DNA of 63,486 bases from a virus (lineage: Duplodnaviria; Caudoviricetes), in the IMG/VR virus record IMGVR_UViG_3300036833_000428, positions 1 to 63,486 of that record; one strand, written 5' to 3'. A model generated the notes under the pieces. The model saw only the letters and a list, made by a program, of their open reading frames with translations. It was not told the DNA's origin and did not search any database. Shown piece by piece: positions 1 to 9,056 of this stretch. Position numbers and translations under genes: made by a program. Numbering within the stretch: the stretch's first letter is position 1; each line of letters starts with the position of its first letter.

Positions 1-122
1 TGACACGCATGCTGGGCTATGCGGCGGGGGCTGCGCAGGCCGACAACCAGTGGCTCTTCTGGCAGTTCATCGTTTTCACAAACCAACTCAACCGCACCAA
101 CCCGCATTTCCGGCCGTACGAA
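1..122. repeat. Terminal overlap, identical to 63365-63486 (circular contig)
   Basis: TGACACGCATGCTGGG...CGGCCGTACGAA is present at both ends, and an ORF reads cleanly across the junction. Confidence 0.97.
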
Positions 123-157
123 ATTCCGGAGGCGTACCGCCAGCGGGAAGCGAAGCC

Positions 158-400
158 ATGAACTGGCGCATGGGCTCGCCGCTGCTGATCGACATCGACC
201 GGCGCATTGTGACGCGTGTGACTCCCTCGTGTCCGTTGTGGCTCAGAAAGTACGCTTGGTCGATCCGCCGGCATCCGCGCCTTGCGCTCAGACGCAGCCG
301 GGCCATGATCCTATGGGACGAATGGCGGACCAGCGCGCCGCCGGATCACCGGCTCAGCCGCATCGGCGCTGAAGCGCTGGCAGGCAAAATCAGCCTATGA
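158..400 (+). CDS. Hypothetical protein
   Basis: ATG at 158 overlaps the stop of the junction-spanning gene (ATGA), and its stop overlaps the next ATG. Confidence 0.55.
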   Translation: MNWRMGSPLLIDIDRRIVTRVTPSCPLWLRKYAWSIRRHPRLALRRSRAMILWDEWRTSAPPDHRLSRIGAEALAGKISL

Positions 401-633
401 ACGAACCCATCACCTACACCGAAAGCGACGGCCGGGTGACCGTCGAGATGAGCCGTGAGAATTACGAGCAACTCATACACATACTGGGCTTCTCGCTAGG
501 GGCCTTGAAAAAGGGGAATGAGGAGACGTTCTATCGCTGGATCGACTTCGTGAACCGGCTAAACCGCACCAACCCGCATTTCCAGCAGTACGAAATCCCG
601 GAGGCGTACCGCCCGAAGGAGCCGCCCGGATGA
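397..633 (+). CDS. Hypothetical protein, paralog of the junction-spanning gene at 63289
   Basis: Shares ITYTExxGRVTVEMSR and NRTNPHFxxYEIPEAYR with the 63289 ORF. Confidence 0.8.
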   Translation: MNEPITYTESDGRVTVEMSRENYEQLIHILGFSLGALKKGNEETFYRWIDFVNRLNRTNPHFQQYEIPEAYRPKEPPG

Positions 634-812
634 CATGGCTCTGGATGCACTGGCGTTTTGCGCTGGCCGCGTTCCTCTGCGGATTCGGCGGCGGCCTGGT
701 GGGTGGCGCGGTCGCGGTGGCGGGCCGCTTCTCTTATTGGCACGGCTACAAGGACGGCGCCAAAATCGCGCACGACTACATGCGCGCGGTGGTGGAGAAA
801 CAGGATCGTTGA
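630..812 (+). CDS. Small membrane protein
   Basis: ATGA coupling; one hydrophobic Gly-rich helix followed by WHGYKDG. Confidence 0.6.
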   Translation: MTWLWMHWRFALAAFLCGFGGGLVGGAVAVAGRFSYWHGYKDGAKIAHDYMRAVVEKQDR

Positions 813-919
813 GGGGCGAGGCCATGCTGGACGCCGTTGAGGGAACAGGCACGGCCCCTGTCGTCCAATGTGTAAGTCTTCCGTAGTATGGCATAGTCAA
901 CTGGGTAAAGGTGAGCAAC

Positions 920-1138
920 ATGGAAACGAACGAGGAACGATTGGAAGAGAAGAATAAGCAGTTCCTGAGTAGTGAAAATCAGTTGCTGGCTTTAATGGCG
1001 ACGATCCTGCTCTCGACCGGATTCCACACTCGGGTGTCGGCCGTCGCCGAGGCGGAAAAGCTCTACGCCATCGTGCTCGATCGCGACAGTGCGTATCGGG
1101 CAGAAGAGCTGGTTGTAGACGGAATGGTGCCTCAATAG
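920..1138 (+). CDS. Hypothetical protein
   Basis: Purine-rich RBS before METNEE; converges on the 1132-1668 gene. Confidence 0.5.
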   Translation: METNEERLEEKNKQFLSSENQLLALMATILLSTGFHTRVSAVAEAEKLYAIVLDRDSAYRAEELVVDGMVPQ

Positions 1139-1668
1139 TACACCGCCAGCGAGGTCGGGAGCGCTGGAGGTAAAATTCGCTGGTCAGGCTGGAGACGCTT
1201 CTCCCGCGCAGTGAGCCGATCGCGCTCAATGACGAGAGGAAGCGGTCGCCGGGCTTTCCCGCGGCGCCTCCGAAGGATGCGGACAAAGTGCTGGGCGTAT
1301 TTCTTCCAGCCCTTGCGCACAAAGATGCGGACCTCCTTCAAGCCGAGATGTTCATTGGCGAATGTGATTAAGCGCAGCGCCGCCACATCGATCCAGGTCT
1401 CGATCGCGCGGCCAGCTGCCAGGTGAATGATTAGTGTGTTTGGGGAATGGGGGTCGAGCCAGGTCAAGATGGCCGCAATCAGGCGTGAGCGCCCGGATCG
1501 ATGGTCCAGCACTGCGGAAAACCATAGTCCCTTCCGATCCAGCTCGAGATCGCGGCGGACCTGGTTGGCGTTAATACCCTGACTGCGCAGAAGACTGAAG
1601 AAGTCATTCCAACGAAAGTCAGCTTCTTTAAAGGACCACAGCCGATGGAGCTCTGCCATTACAAGCAA
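1132..1668 (-). CDS. GNAT-fold-like protein, RKGW family (paralog 1)
   Basis: IHLAAG...W...FA...EVRIFVRKGW aligns by eye with 4820-5416 and 6270-6743. Confidence 0.6.
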   Translation of the reverse strand: MLVMAELHRLWSFKEADFRWNDFFSLLRSQGINANQVRRDLELDRKGLWFSAVLDHRSGRSRLIAAILTWLDPHSPNTLIIHLAAGRAIETWIDVAALRLITFANEHLGLKEVRIFVRKGWKKYAQHFVRILRRRRGKARRPLPLVIERDRLTAREKRLQPDQRILPPALPTSLAVYY

Positions 1669-1683
1669 GCATACACCACGAGG

Positions 1684-3225
1684 TTAATAGTACGCCGCCC
1701 GCCGCCGCGATGTGGGCGGCTCGTCATCCTCCCAATCGCTTCCCAAACGGATCAGATTCCCCTGCCTGAGGAACAGCAGGCCCCATACCGCGGCATCGTG
1801 CAGATCGTCCGCGGCGCCATTGGGGAAGGCCGCCATCTCCTCGCGCACTTCTTCCACCCAACGCCGCCCGAGCGGCGCCCAGATCACGCCCGACGAAAAC
1901 AGATCGGCGACCGCATTGGTGCGCGCGACCTTATCGCGGGCGCGCGTGGGGACCATCTCCCAGACGTAAATGCCGGCGCGATAGAGTTCCTGGATTAATG
2001 GTCCGCCGGTAGCCTTCTTCTCGATCACCAAGCTATCCGGCTTCCATTGTTCATAGAGCTCTTTGGCCTTGCGCTTGAGATCCGGAAAGCCAATGCGGCC
2101 CACCCAGCGATCGAGCAGGATCACGCCCGCTTCGACGCGCGGCGGATCATCATAGGTGCGGCGATTGAATACGCCCCAGGTGATGCAGGCCGAACTATTC
2201 GAGCTGTCGGCTTCGCTATAGGCCGTGTCCCAGGACTGCACGAGATACTCGCAGGCCGGCGGACTGACTTCCGGCCAATTGCGCCACCACTGGCGCTTGA
2301 TGAGCGCGCCTTCTTCGGAAGTGGGAGCCTGCTGATAGTTGGCCGCCCAGCGCGCCGGCGGCATGATGGCGCGCGTGACCTCGAGCTCCTGTTTGGGCCA
2401 GAATTCGGGAAACAGTGAATCACCCGAGGGCAGCAGTGCCGGCAGTTCGATTACTTCCCACTGCTCGACGTCATCTTCCACTTCGGAGGCCTGCTTGACC
2501 AGTTGCCCGGTGAGATCCATCACGCCCCAGCGAGTCATGACGACCAGAATGGTGGCGCCCGGCTGCAGGCGCTGACGCGGGCCGGTCTTGTACCAGGACC
2601 AGGTCTTCTCGAACTCCTGCTTAGGGTTCTTGAGCACGTCCTGCTCGGAGTGCGGGTCGTCGATGATGACGAGATTACCGCCGCGGCCGGCGGCACCGCC
2701 TCCTTTACCAATGGCGAAGTACTCGCCCCCCTGGCGCGTGAGCCAACGGTGCGCCGCGCGCGCATCCTGACTGAGCGTTATACCGGGAAAGACCTGCTGG
2801 TATTCAGGGGACGCCACCAGGTTGCGCAGTTCACGCCCGAAGTCGGTAGCGAGCGAGGTCGAGTGTGAACCCTGGAAGATCTTGTGATTGGGGAAGTGGC
2901 CCAGATACCAGGCCGGAAAGAACACGCTCGCGAATTTGGACTTGGTGGAGCGTGGCGGCAGATTAATGATGCAGCGTTTGAGCGTGCCTGCGTGAATGCG
3001 CTCGAAGGCCTCGGCCATGACTTCGTGGTGCCGGCCGTGGATATAGGCCGGCCACATTTGCCGCACGAAGGCCAGAAAATTGTCACGCGCCACGCTGGGG
3101 AGGGGCTCGCCGCGAACCAGGCGCTCCAGGCGCTCGCGGACGGACTTCTTAATGTGCTCCGGCAGGAAGTCGAAGTTCTCGATAAAGTAGCGCAGTTCGT
3201 CGGGATTCTTGCCGGGATACGCCAT
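1684..3225 (-). CDS. terL: Terminase large subunit
   Basis: IINLPPRSTKS Walker A, IIDDPH Walker B, VVMTRW coupling motif, SWDTA / IEKKATG / FPNGAADDLHDA nuclease motifs. Confidence 0.95.
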   Translation of the reverse strand: MAYPGKNPDELRYFIENFDFLPEHIKKSVRERLERLVRGEPLPSVARDNFLAFVRQMWPAYIHGRHHEVMAEAFERIHAGTLKRCIINLPPRSTKSKFASVFFPAWYLGHFPNHKIFQGSHSTSLATDFGRELRNLVASPEYQQVFPGITLSQDARAAHRWLTRQGGEYFAIGKGGGAAGRGGNLVIIDDPHSEQDVLKNPKQEFEKTWSWYKTGPRQRLQPGATILVVMTRWGVMDLTGQLVKQASEVEDDVEQWEVIELPALLPSGDSLFPEFWPKQELEVTRAIMPPARWAANYQQAPTSEEGALIKRQWWRNWPEVSPPACEYLVQSWDTAYSEADSSNSSACITWGVFNRRTYDDPPRVEAGVILLDRWVGRIGFPDLKRKAKELYEQWKPDSLVIEKKATGGPLIQELYRAGIYVWEMVPTRARDKVARTNAVADLFSSGVIWAPLGRRWVEEVREEMAAFPNGAADDLHDAAVWGLLFLRQGNLIRLGSDWEDDEPPTSRRRAAYY

Positions 3226-3537
3226 TTAGCGCAAGCTCGAAAGCACCCCGACCCTGGAGGCGGTATCGGCCAGAACGAACAGGCCGGCGGTCCCGGTCAC
3301 GTACAGCTGGAGAATAGGCGAATTAGCCGGCAGCGGGAAGGCGGCCGGATCCTGAAAATCGGGCCCGGTGGGCGCTGCTTCATAGCGAACATAAAGAGTG
3401 CCCGGCCCCAAATTCAGGATGTAGAAGTAGCAGCCCCCCGGTGTCGCGGCGACGAGCTGATAAGGAGTGAGGGCTTTGAGCGTGAGCGTATTGGTGCGCC
3501 GCAGCGTGATCACGTTGGGCGCCGGCGCTTCGGCCAT
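3226..3537 (-). CDS. Small beta-rich putative virion protein (paralog of 26190-26483)
   Basis: RTNTLxL..YQLV...CYF..LNLGPG.LYVR..AAPTG...YVTG..GL.VL.D is shared with 26190-26483. Confidence 0.75.
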   Translation of the reverse strand: MAEAPAPNVITLRRTNTLTLKALTPYQLVAATPGGCYFYILNLGPGTLYVRYEAAPTGPDFQDPAAFPLPANSPILQLYVTGTAGLFVLADTASRVGVLSSLR

Positions 3538-3538
3538 C

Positions 3539-3811
3539 TCAATCGGTCGGTTCGGCCTGCGGGGCCGCGACCGCCGCCTCGCGATCCGGGGCCGGGGCCG
3601 AGGCGAGGAGTAGGGCGAGTTGGCGTAGCAGGATCATGATCTGAGTGCGCCACTCGGCGTCCGAAGAGACCTCGAGAGCAGCCTTAGCAAACTGCGCGCC
3701 GCCCCTGCGGAGGGCTTGCTGGGCCGACGTGGTGCCAGCTCGCGCGGCCGCCTTGTCGAGCAGACCCTCGAGGCGCTCGAGCCACACTTTGTCCTGGGCA
3801 TCGAGTGGCAT
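3539..3811 (-). CDS. Hypothetical protein
   Basis: ATG at 3811 overlaps the upstream TAA; helical protein starting MPLDAQDKVWLERL. Confidence 0.6.
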   Translation of the reverse strand: MPLDAQDKVWLERLEGLLDKAAARAGTTSAQQALRRGGAQFAKAALEVSSDAEWRTQIMILLRQLALLLASAPAPDREAAVAAPQAEPTD

Positions 3812-4020
3812 TAGGATGGATTGGTTGGCGACGGTGTCCCAGGCCCGGGTAGCGGCGACTGGCCGGGTTGGGTTGTCCAGCCCCAATTGAAGCCGCCCGG
3901 GTCGTCGGCATATCCCTGCGTGATGAGAGCAACAATCTCGGCAGGATCGCCGATATACTCGTCGCCCTCTTTGAGTTGTTGGCCCAGATGTCGGAACCCC
4001 TTCTTTAATGTGACTTTCAT
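3811..4020 (-). CDS. Small putative virion protein
   Basis: MKVTLKKGFRHLGQQLKEGDEY...LITQGYA pattern typical of small head-associated phage proteins; tight operon packing. Confidence 0.6.
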   Translation of the reverse strand: MKVTLKKGFRHLGQQLKEGDEYIGDPAEIVALITQGYADDPGGFNWGWTTQPGQSPLPGPGTPSPTNPS

Positions 4021-4025
4021 AAGCT

Positions 4026-4556
4026 TTATCCCACTTCTGTGCCCGGGAACTGCGGCCACAAGTAGACCAGGAAGACTGTGGCCTTTCCGGCAGTCGATGC
4101 GCCCGCTGCGTAGTTGAACCAGGCGATGCCATTGGCCAGAGCGCTGATGATGGGCGCCGACATGACCGTGCCGGATGTAGGCACGGCCGCGGACGCCATA
4201 ACATCGGCGGCGCCCGAGGTGAGTCCGATCGATACGGTGGCTCCTACGGGGGCGAAGGCGGTGAGCACGCTGACTCCAGCCCACAGCAGGATGGCCCCCG
4301 CCGGAAAGGTGATCTGCGCATTGAAACTGCCGCCCTTGGAGGCGTCGATATAGACGCGCTTCGAAAGCAGCGTCATGCCGGGGTTGGTTTTGCCCGAATA
4401 GACAGGTCCGGAAAAGCGCGTCACGCCGGATGGATCGGTGGGCGGCGCGACGTAGGCCGTACCGGCGAGCGAGGCCTGCTGGGTGGGGCCGGACTGCTGG
4501 CTGGAAGCGAGTAGCTCTTCGGCGCCATTGGGGGGCGGTGGTGCGACTGCCGACAT
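4026..4556 (-). CDS. Putative capsid decoration / virion structural protein
   Basis: GGAGG RBS before ATG 4556 (frame open to 4766); TRFSGPV motif followed by a beta-sandwich-like body. Confidence 0.65.
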   Translation of the reverse strand: MSAVAPPPPNGAEELLASSQQSGPTQQASLAGTAYVAPPTDPSGVTRFSGPVYSGKTNPGMTLLSKRVYIDASKGGSFNAQITFPAGAILLWAGVSVLTAFAPVGATVSIGLTSGAADVMASAAVPTSGTVMSAPIISALANGIAWFNYAAGASTAGKATVFLVYLWPQFPGTEVG

Positions 4557-4819
4557 TTCAACCTCCTGTTCGAAATACTGTTCGAGATGCGGGTCCTCCA
4601 GAATGGCAGCGGTTTGGTGGGAACCCTTCGAAACCTCCACGGGTTCTGGCAGAACGCTTTTGGGCGCGGTCTTTTGTTTCCGATGCGTCTCCGCTTCCGG
4701 CGGCGCCGGGTGATGCTTTCCGTGTACTGGCATCAGTGGGAAGTATACGCCAATCGGCGCATACATTTCGATGACATGTCAGAATTTCGGGTGCGCTCCG
4801 GGTGTATGCTTCTCTATAA

Positions 4820-5416
4820 ATGCCGGCGGATCCATTTCGTGTTTGTCGGGTCAAGGCCGATGCCGTTCACATGCTCTGGACGGATGTAAGCTACCTGCTC
4901 CGGGACTGTCCACAGCTGAAGTTGGGCGAGGTCTATAAAGACCTGGGCCTGGGCAAAAAGCAGCTGTGGGTGGCGGTCGGCGACGTGCATCACGTGATGG
5001 CGGGCGTGATCCTGACCGAGAAGCACCGCTATCCGCCCATGAAGCTGAAGCCGCGCGCCGGCCGGCCCTTGAAGGACGATCGCCCGGACCGTTGGAATCT
5101 TCCCGAGCGGCATGTGCTGCAGGTTCACTTAGCGGCGAGCTCTTCCTATACGGAGCATTCGATTGGCCGCTGGATTGAGCCGGCCATCACCGAGATCGAG
5201 GCCTTCGCCAGACAGCTGGACTGCACCGAGCTGCGCCTTCTGTGCCGCAAGGGCTGGCGGCCGTATGCGGAAAAGTTCGGCCGCGGTTTTGAGCGCGTGA
5301 GTTTCCGCCGCGACCGGCTCACGCTGCCGCAATTCCGCCGTAAGGCGCGGCGCCTCGGGCCGGGCAGCCATCTCCACGGGTTTATCTCGCCGGAGCGTTC
5401 GGGAGCCCCGCTATGA
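4820..5416 (+). CDS. GNAT-fold-like protein, RKGW family (paralog 2)
   Basis: QLWVAV...AGVILTE...VHLAA...IEAFARQLDCTELRLLCRKGW. Confidence 0.7.
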   Translation: MPADPFRVCRVKADAVHMLWTDVSYLLRDCPQLKLGEVYKDLGLGKKQLWVAVGDVHHVMAGVILTEKHRYPPMKLKPRAGRPLKDDRPDRWNLPERHVLQVHLAASSSYTEHSIGRWIEPAITEIEAFARQLDCTELRLLCRKGWRPYAEKFGRGFERVSFRRDRLTLPQFRRKARRLGPGSHLHGFISPERSGAPL

Positions 5417-6270
5417 GCACCAAGCGCCGTTTCCAGACCGGAGGCAACGGGCCGAGCGATGCGGCCATTGGTAAAGCCGCACTGCTTTCCGATCCCCAGG
5501 CACAAGCCGCGCTGGCCGAAGCGCCGGCACCCAAGCCGGTGCACCCGCAGGTAGCGCGCGCGCTGGCGGTAGCCACACTGCGCCGGCAACGGCGCCAGGC
5601 GATGACGCCGGGCTTCCAGTATGGCGGCATGAATGCCCTGCCGCCCATGCCGGCGATGCCGGATTTGAGTCGTGAGTTGGCTAATTTGCGTCAGGCGGGA
5701 CTGCTTACCGGGTCGCAGCAGATGAGCCCCATGGATGTGCTGAAGGAAATGAATGCACTCCAGCAGGCGCCCGATTTTCAGACTCCGCCATTTCTGGGAG
5801 GCGCCAAGACCAAGGTTATCTATCCAGGGACACAACCGAGCCCCCCTCCAGCGACAGAACCGAATCCAGATCCCGGGACATCGGATCCCAGCAACGATAA
5901 CGATGACGATGCAGACGACAATGCGCCCAGCGGTCGCTCTGGCGGCCGCTTCCGTGATGCGGGCGAATACAGTCCACCCAAAAAAGCCCGTGGTGGAATT
6001 CTGAGGCGCCGGCCGAAAGCCATTCTGGCCGTCGGTCCTGCGCATCCAGCCGCGGCCGGGCCCAAGGAGGACGGTCCGAAGCACCTGCCGATTCCGGTCT
6101 TTTCGACCACCATCATCATTGCGCACAAGAAGCCGACTAAACGAGCCTCTTCGAAGAAACCCGAAGCGAAGAAGCCCGAAGCCAAAGCCAAGGGAGGCCC
6201 GATCGGCCGGATGAAGACGCGCGGCTCTGGCATTGCCAAACGCGGCACGCGCTTCAGCGGGATTTTCTAA
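5413..6270 (+). CDS. Disordered putative internal virion protein with xxGG motifs
   Basis: ATGA coupling; low complexity; C-terminus RGSGIAKRGTRFSGIF resembles that of 40441-41673. Confidence 0.75.
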   Translation: MSTKRRFQTGGNGPSDAAIGKAALLSDPQAQAALAEAPAPKPVHPQVARALAVATLRRQRRQAMTPGFQYGGMNALPPMPAMPDLSRELANLRQAGLLTGSQQMSPMDVLKEMNALQQAPDFQTPPFLGGAKTKVIYPGTQPSPPPATEPNPDPGTSDPSNDNDDDADDNAPSGRSGGRFRDAGEYSPPKKARGGILRRRPKAILAVGPAHPAAAGPKEDGPKHLPIPVFSTTIIIAHKKPTKRASSKKPEAKKPEAKAKGGPIGRMKTRGSGIAKRGTRFSGIF

Positions 6271-6743
6271 TGACGCCGGAACACCTACAGGAACAGCCGG
6301 ACGTTCAAGTGCGGCCTCCGGTCGTTCACATCCAGCGCATCCTTCCCGAGATTCTCGAGGTTGTGTGGGATCCTGTGCGGCCCTTGCTCCAGAAGGCCGT
6401 CGATCGGGAGCGCGGCCGCTTCACGGTGGACCACATCCTCTACTGGATCCTCGGTCGCACGCATCAGCTCTGGGTGGCTGTGATCGACGGCCGGATGGAA
6501 GCGGCCATCATCAGCGAGGTTCTCCTTCAGCCCTCGGGCAAGCGCTCCTGCTGCATTCAGCTGGCTGGTGGAGCGCGCGTCGAGGACTGGCTCGTTCCCT
6601 TGGTGGAGGCGTTCGTGAAGTTCGGACGCGAGCAGGGCGTGGATGAATTCCGCGTTACGGGGCGGAAGGGCTGGGAGCGGCTGCTCGCTCGACACAGCTT
6701 CGTTTTAGATTCCGTAATTCTTATTCGCGAAGGAGGCCGATGA
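6270..6743 (+). CDS. GNAT-fold-like protein, GRKGW family (paralog 3), in the position of podovirus internal virion protein A
   Basis: QLWVAV...ISEV...IQLAGG...DW...FGREQGVDEFRVTGRKGWERLL; lies directly before the ejection-type genes. Confidence 0.75.
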   Translation: MTPEHLQEQPDVQVRPPVVHIQRILPEILEVVWDPVRPLLQKAVDRERGRFTVDHILYWILGRTHQLWVAVIDGRMEAAIISEVLLQPSGKRSCCIQLAGGARVEDWLVPLVEAFVKFGREQGVDEFRVTGRKGWERLLARHSFVLDSVILIREGGR

Positions 6744-9052
6744 CCGGAGAACAGTCCTCTAATACCTCCACGCAAAGGGTCAACCAGCAGACCACGCAGA
6801 ACTACAATCCCAACCCGGCCGTCATGGCCGAGTACGGGAATCTCGAAGGCACGGTCCAGGGCCTCGCCAACTACTACATCAACAATCCGCCGCAGTATCC
6901 GGGACAGGCCGTGGCCCCGCCCGGCCAGTTGATGTCGCAGTACTGGAATACGGCCGGCGGGGGAAACACGCTGCCCGATTATTCCGGCTTACAGGGCACC
7001 GAAGGGCAGCTCTACAACCAGGCCGGCGGTATGCAGGTCAATCCGCAAGGGATCAACCTGCCGCAGTTCGGCGCGGGCACATTTGCGCCGGGCAATCTTC
7101 CCACCGGCTACGCGCAGCAGAATGTCTTTCAAACGGCGTCTCCGGTCTGGGTGGGAGCCCCCGGCTCGGGACAGGGCGGCCCGTATGGAGCATCCGGTCC
7201 GGCCGTGAGCGGTCTGGCCTCCTCCTACTATGTGAGGCCGGATCAGGTGAGCGCGCTCAGCGTGCAGGCGCCCGGAGCGATCGCGAATATCAGCGGCCTG
7301 GGGCAAGTAGCGGCACCGCGGCTCCAGCAGTATCAGATGGGGCCGGCGCAGAACGTCAGCGCGCAGAACGTTACAGCGCCACAGATCCGTGACCTCCAGA
7401 TGCAGGCGGCCGGCAATGTAGCGCCGCAGGCACAGGTCGGGACGCGGTCCTTTACCGATCCCGGCGTGGCGGCGTCCTTCATGAGCCCCTACGTGCAGCA
7501 GGTGGTCAATGCGCAATTGGCGCAGGCGCAGACGCAGGAGCAACAGCAGCTCGAGCAGCAGAGCGCGCAGGCGGCCCAGGCCGGGGCCTTTGGCGGATCC
7601 CGCCAGGCGGTGGAAGCGGCCAACACTTCGATTGGCTATCAACAACTCGCCTCGCAGATCCAGGCCACCGGCTTGCAGAATGCCTACCAGCAGGCGCAGC
7701 AACAGTTCAACACGCAGCAGGCTCTCGGCCTGCAGGGCCAGCAGTTCAATGTACAGAGCGGGCTGCAGGCGGCGCTGGCCAACCAGCAAATGCAGCAGCA
7801 GTCCAATCTGCAGAATCTTTCCGCAGCACTCCAAACCCAAGGATTGTCGGCGCAGACGGGACTGACAACGCAGCAGTTGAATCAAGCGGCGGGACTGCAG
7901 TCGGCGCTCGCCAATCAGCAGGCCGGTCTCACCGTAGGTTCGCAGAATCTGGCCGCGCTGCTCGGCGTACAGCAACTGGGCTCGACGCAGAACATGCAGG
8001 CGCAGCAATTGAATCAAGCCACGGGCTTGCAGTCCGCTATCGCCAATCAGCAGGCGCAGGAGTTCTCGGCCGGACAGCAGATGCAGGCTGGTCTGGCCAA
8101 TGCGCAGATGGGCATGTCCGCGCAGCAGTTGAATCAGGCAGCGAACCTGCAGGCGGGACTCGCGGCGCAGCAGATGGGCCTGCAGGGCGGAGAGTTCACG
8201 GCCGGACAGGGCCTGCAGGCGGCGCTGGCCAATCAGGCCGCGGCCATGCAGTCGCTGGGCTTGCAGTATCAGGGCGGATTGTCGGCAGCGCTGGCGCAGA
8301 ATCAGATGGGCCTGCAGGGGCAGGAGTTCGGCGGGCAGTTGGGCTTAAGTGCGGCGCAGCAGCAGGAAGGTTTGCGGCAGAGCCAGATGGGGCTCAATCT
8401 GGGAGCGCAACAGGCGCAGCAGACCGCGGCCAATCAGGTGATGAATATCGGCCAGAACAACATGGCCAACCAGTTGAACAACCTGGCCTCCATGGCCGCG
8501 CCGGCGCAATCGCAGCAGGGCTATGCGCAGCAGCAGGCCGATACGCAATACCAGCAATGGCTGCAATCGATCATGTTCCCGATGCAGGCGGCCGGCTGGG
8601 AATTGAGTGGGCTCACGCAGCAGCCGTTGCCCTACTCGACCACCGGCACGCAGACGGGCACGACCCAATTGACTACGCCCGGCCCGAGCATCTTTAGTCA
8701 GATCCTCGGGGGCGCGCTGGGAGCGGCCGGCATCGCTTCCGGATTTGGAGGAGTAGGGGCACTCGGAGGATTGGCGGGTCTTTTTGGCGGCGGCGGCGGT
8801 AATGCGAATAATCCCGAAGATCTCATCATGAGTGGTAATTACCGTCAAGGCGGCGCGGTCCATTCCGATGCCCCTGCCGATCGCCGGCAGATTCTGAGCA
8901 TTCTGCGGGAGAAAGGTCTGACCAAAGCGCAGGGCGGCATGATTCAAATGAAGCGGCGCCACTTCGTGCCGCGGCCCAAGGGTGGGACGCTCACGTCCTT
9001 CTCGAGAGAAGCCGAGCCGGTCCATGGCCTGGCCCGTCTACTGGCAGCGTGA
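6740..9052 (+). CDS. Gln/Ala/Gly-rich internal virion (ejection-type) protein
   Basis: 770 aa; FMSPYVQQVV and GAFGGSRQAV motifs, repeated GLQAALANQQ, Gly-rich hydrophobic C-terminal segment. Confidence 0.75.
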   Translation: MTGEQSSNTSTQRVNQQTTQNYNPNPAVMAEYGNLEGTVQGLANYYINNPPQYPGQAVAPPGQLMSQYWNTAGGGNTLPDYSGLQGTEGQLYNQAGGMQVNPQGINLPQFGAGTFAPGNLPTGYAQQNVFQTASPVWVGAPGSGQGGPYGASGPAVSGLASSYYVRPDQVSALSVQAPGAIANISGLGQVAAPRLQQYQMGPAQNVSAQNVTAPQIRDLQMQAAGNVAPQAQVGTRSFTDPGVAASFMSPYVQQVVNAQLAQAQTQEQQQLEQQSAQAAQAGAFGGSRQAVEAANTSIGYQQLASQIQATGLQNAYQQAQQQFNTQQALGLQGQQFNVQSGLQAALANQQMQQQSNLQNLSAALQTQGLSAQTGLTTQQLNQAAGLQSALANQQAGLTVGSQNLAALLGVQQLGSTQNMQAQQLNQATGLQSAIANQQAQEFSAGQQMQAGLANAQMGMSAQQLNQAANLQAGLAAQQMGLQGGEFTAGQGLQAALANQAAAMQSLGLQYQGGLSAALAQNQMGLQGQEFGGQLGLSAAQQQEGLRQSQMGLNLGAQQAQQTAANQVMNIGQNNMANQLNNLASMAAPAQSQQGYAQQQADTQYQQWLQSIMFPMQAAGWELSGLTQQPLPYSTTGTQTGTTQLTTPGPSIFSQILGGALGAAGIASGFGGVGALGGLAGLFGGGGGNANNPEDLIMSGNYRQGGAVHSDAPADRRQILSILREKGLTKAQGGMIQMKRRHFVPRPKGGTLTSFSREAEPVHGLARLLAA

Positions 9053-9056
9053 ACCG

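Noticed and set aside
1-122. Biological direct terminal repeat
   Set aside because: It falls in the middle of a gene and is the size of an assembler overlap.
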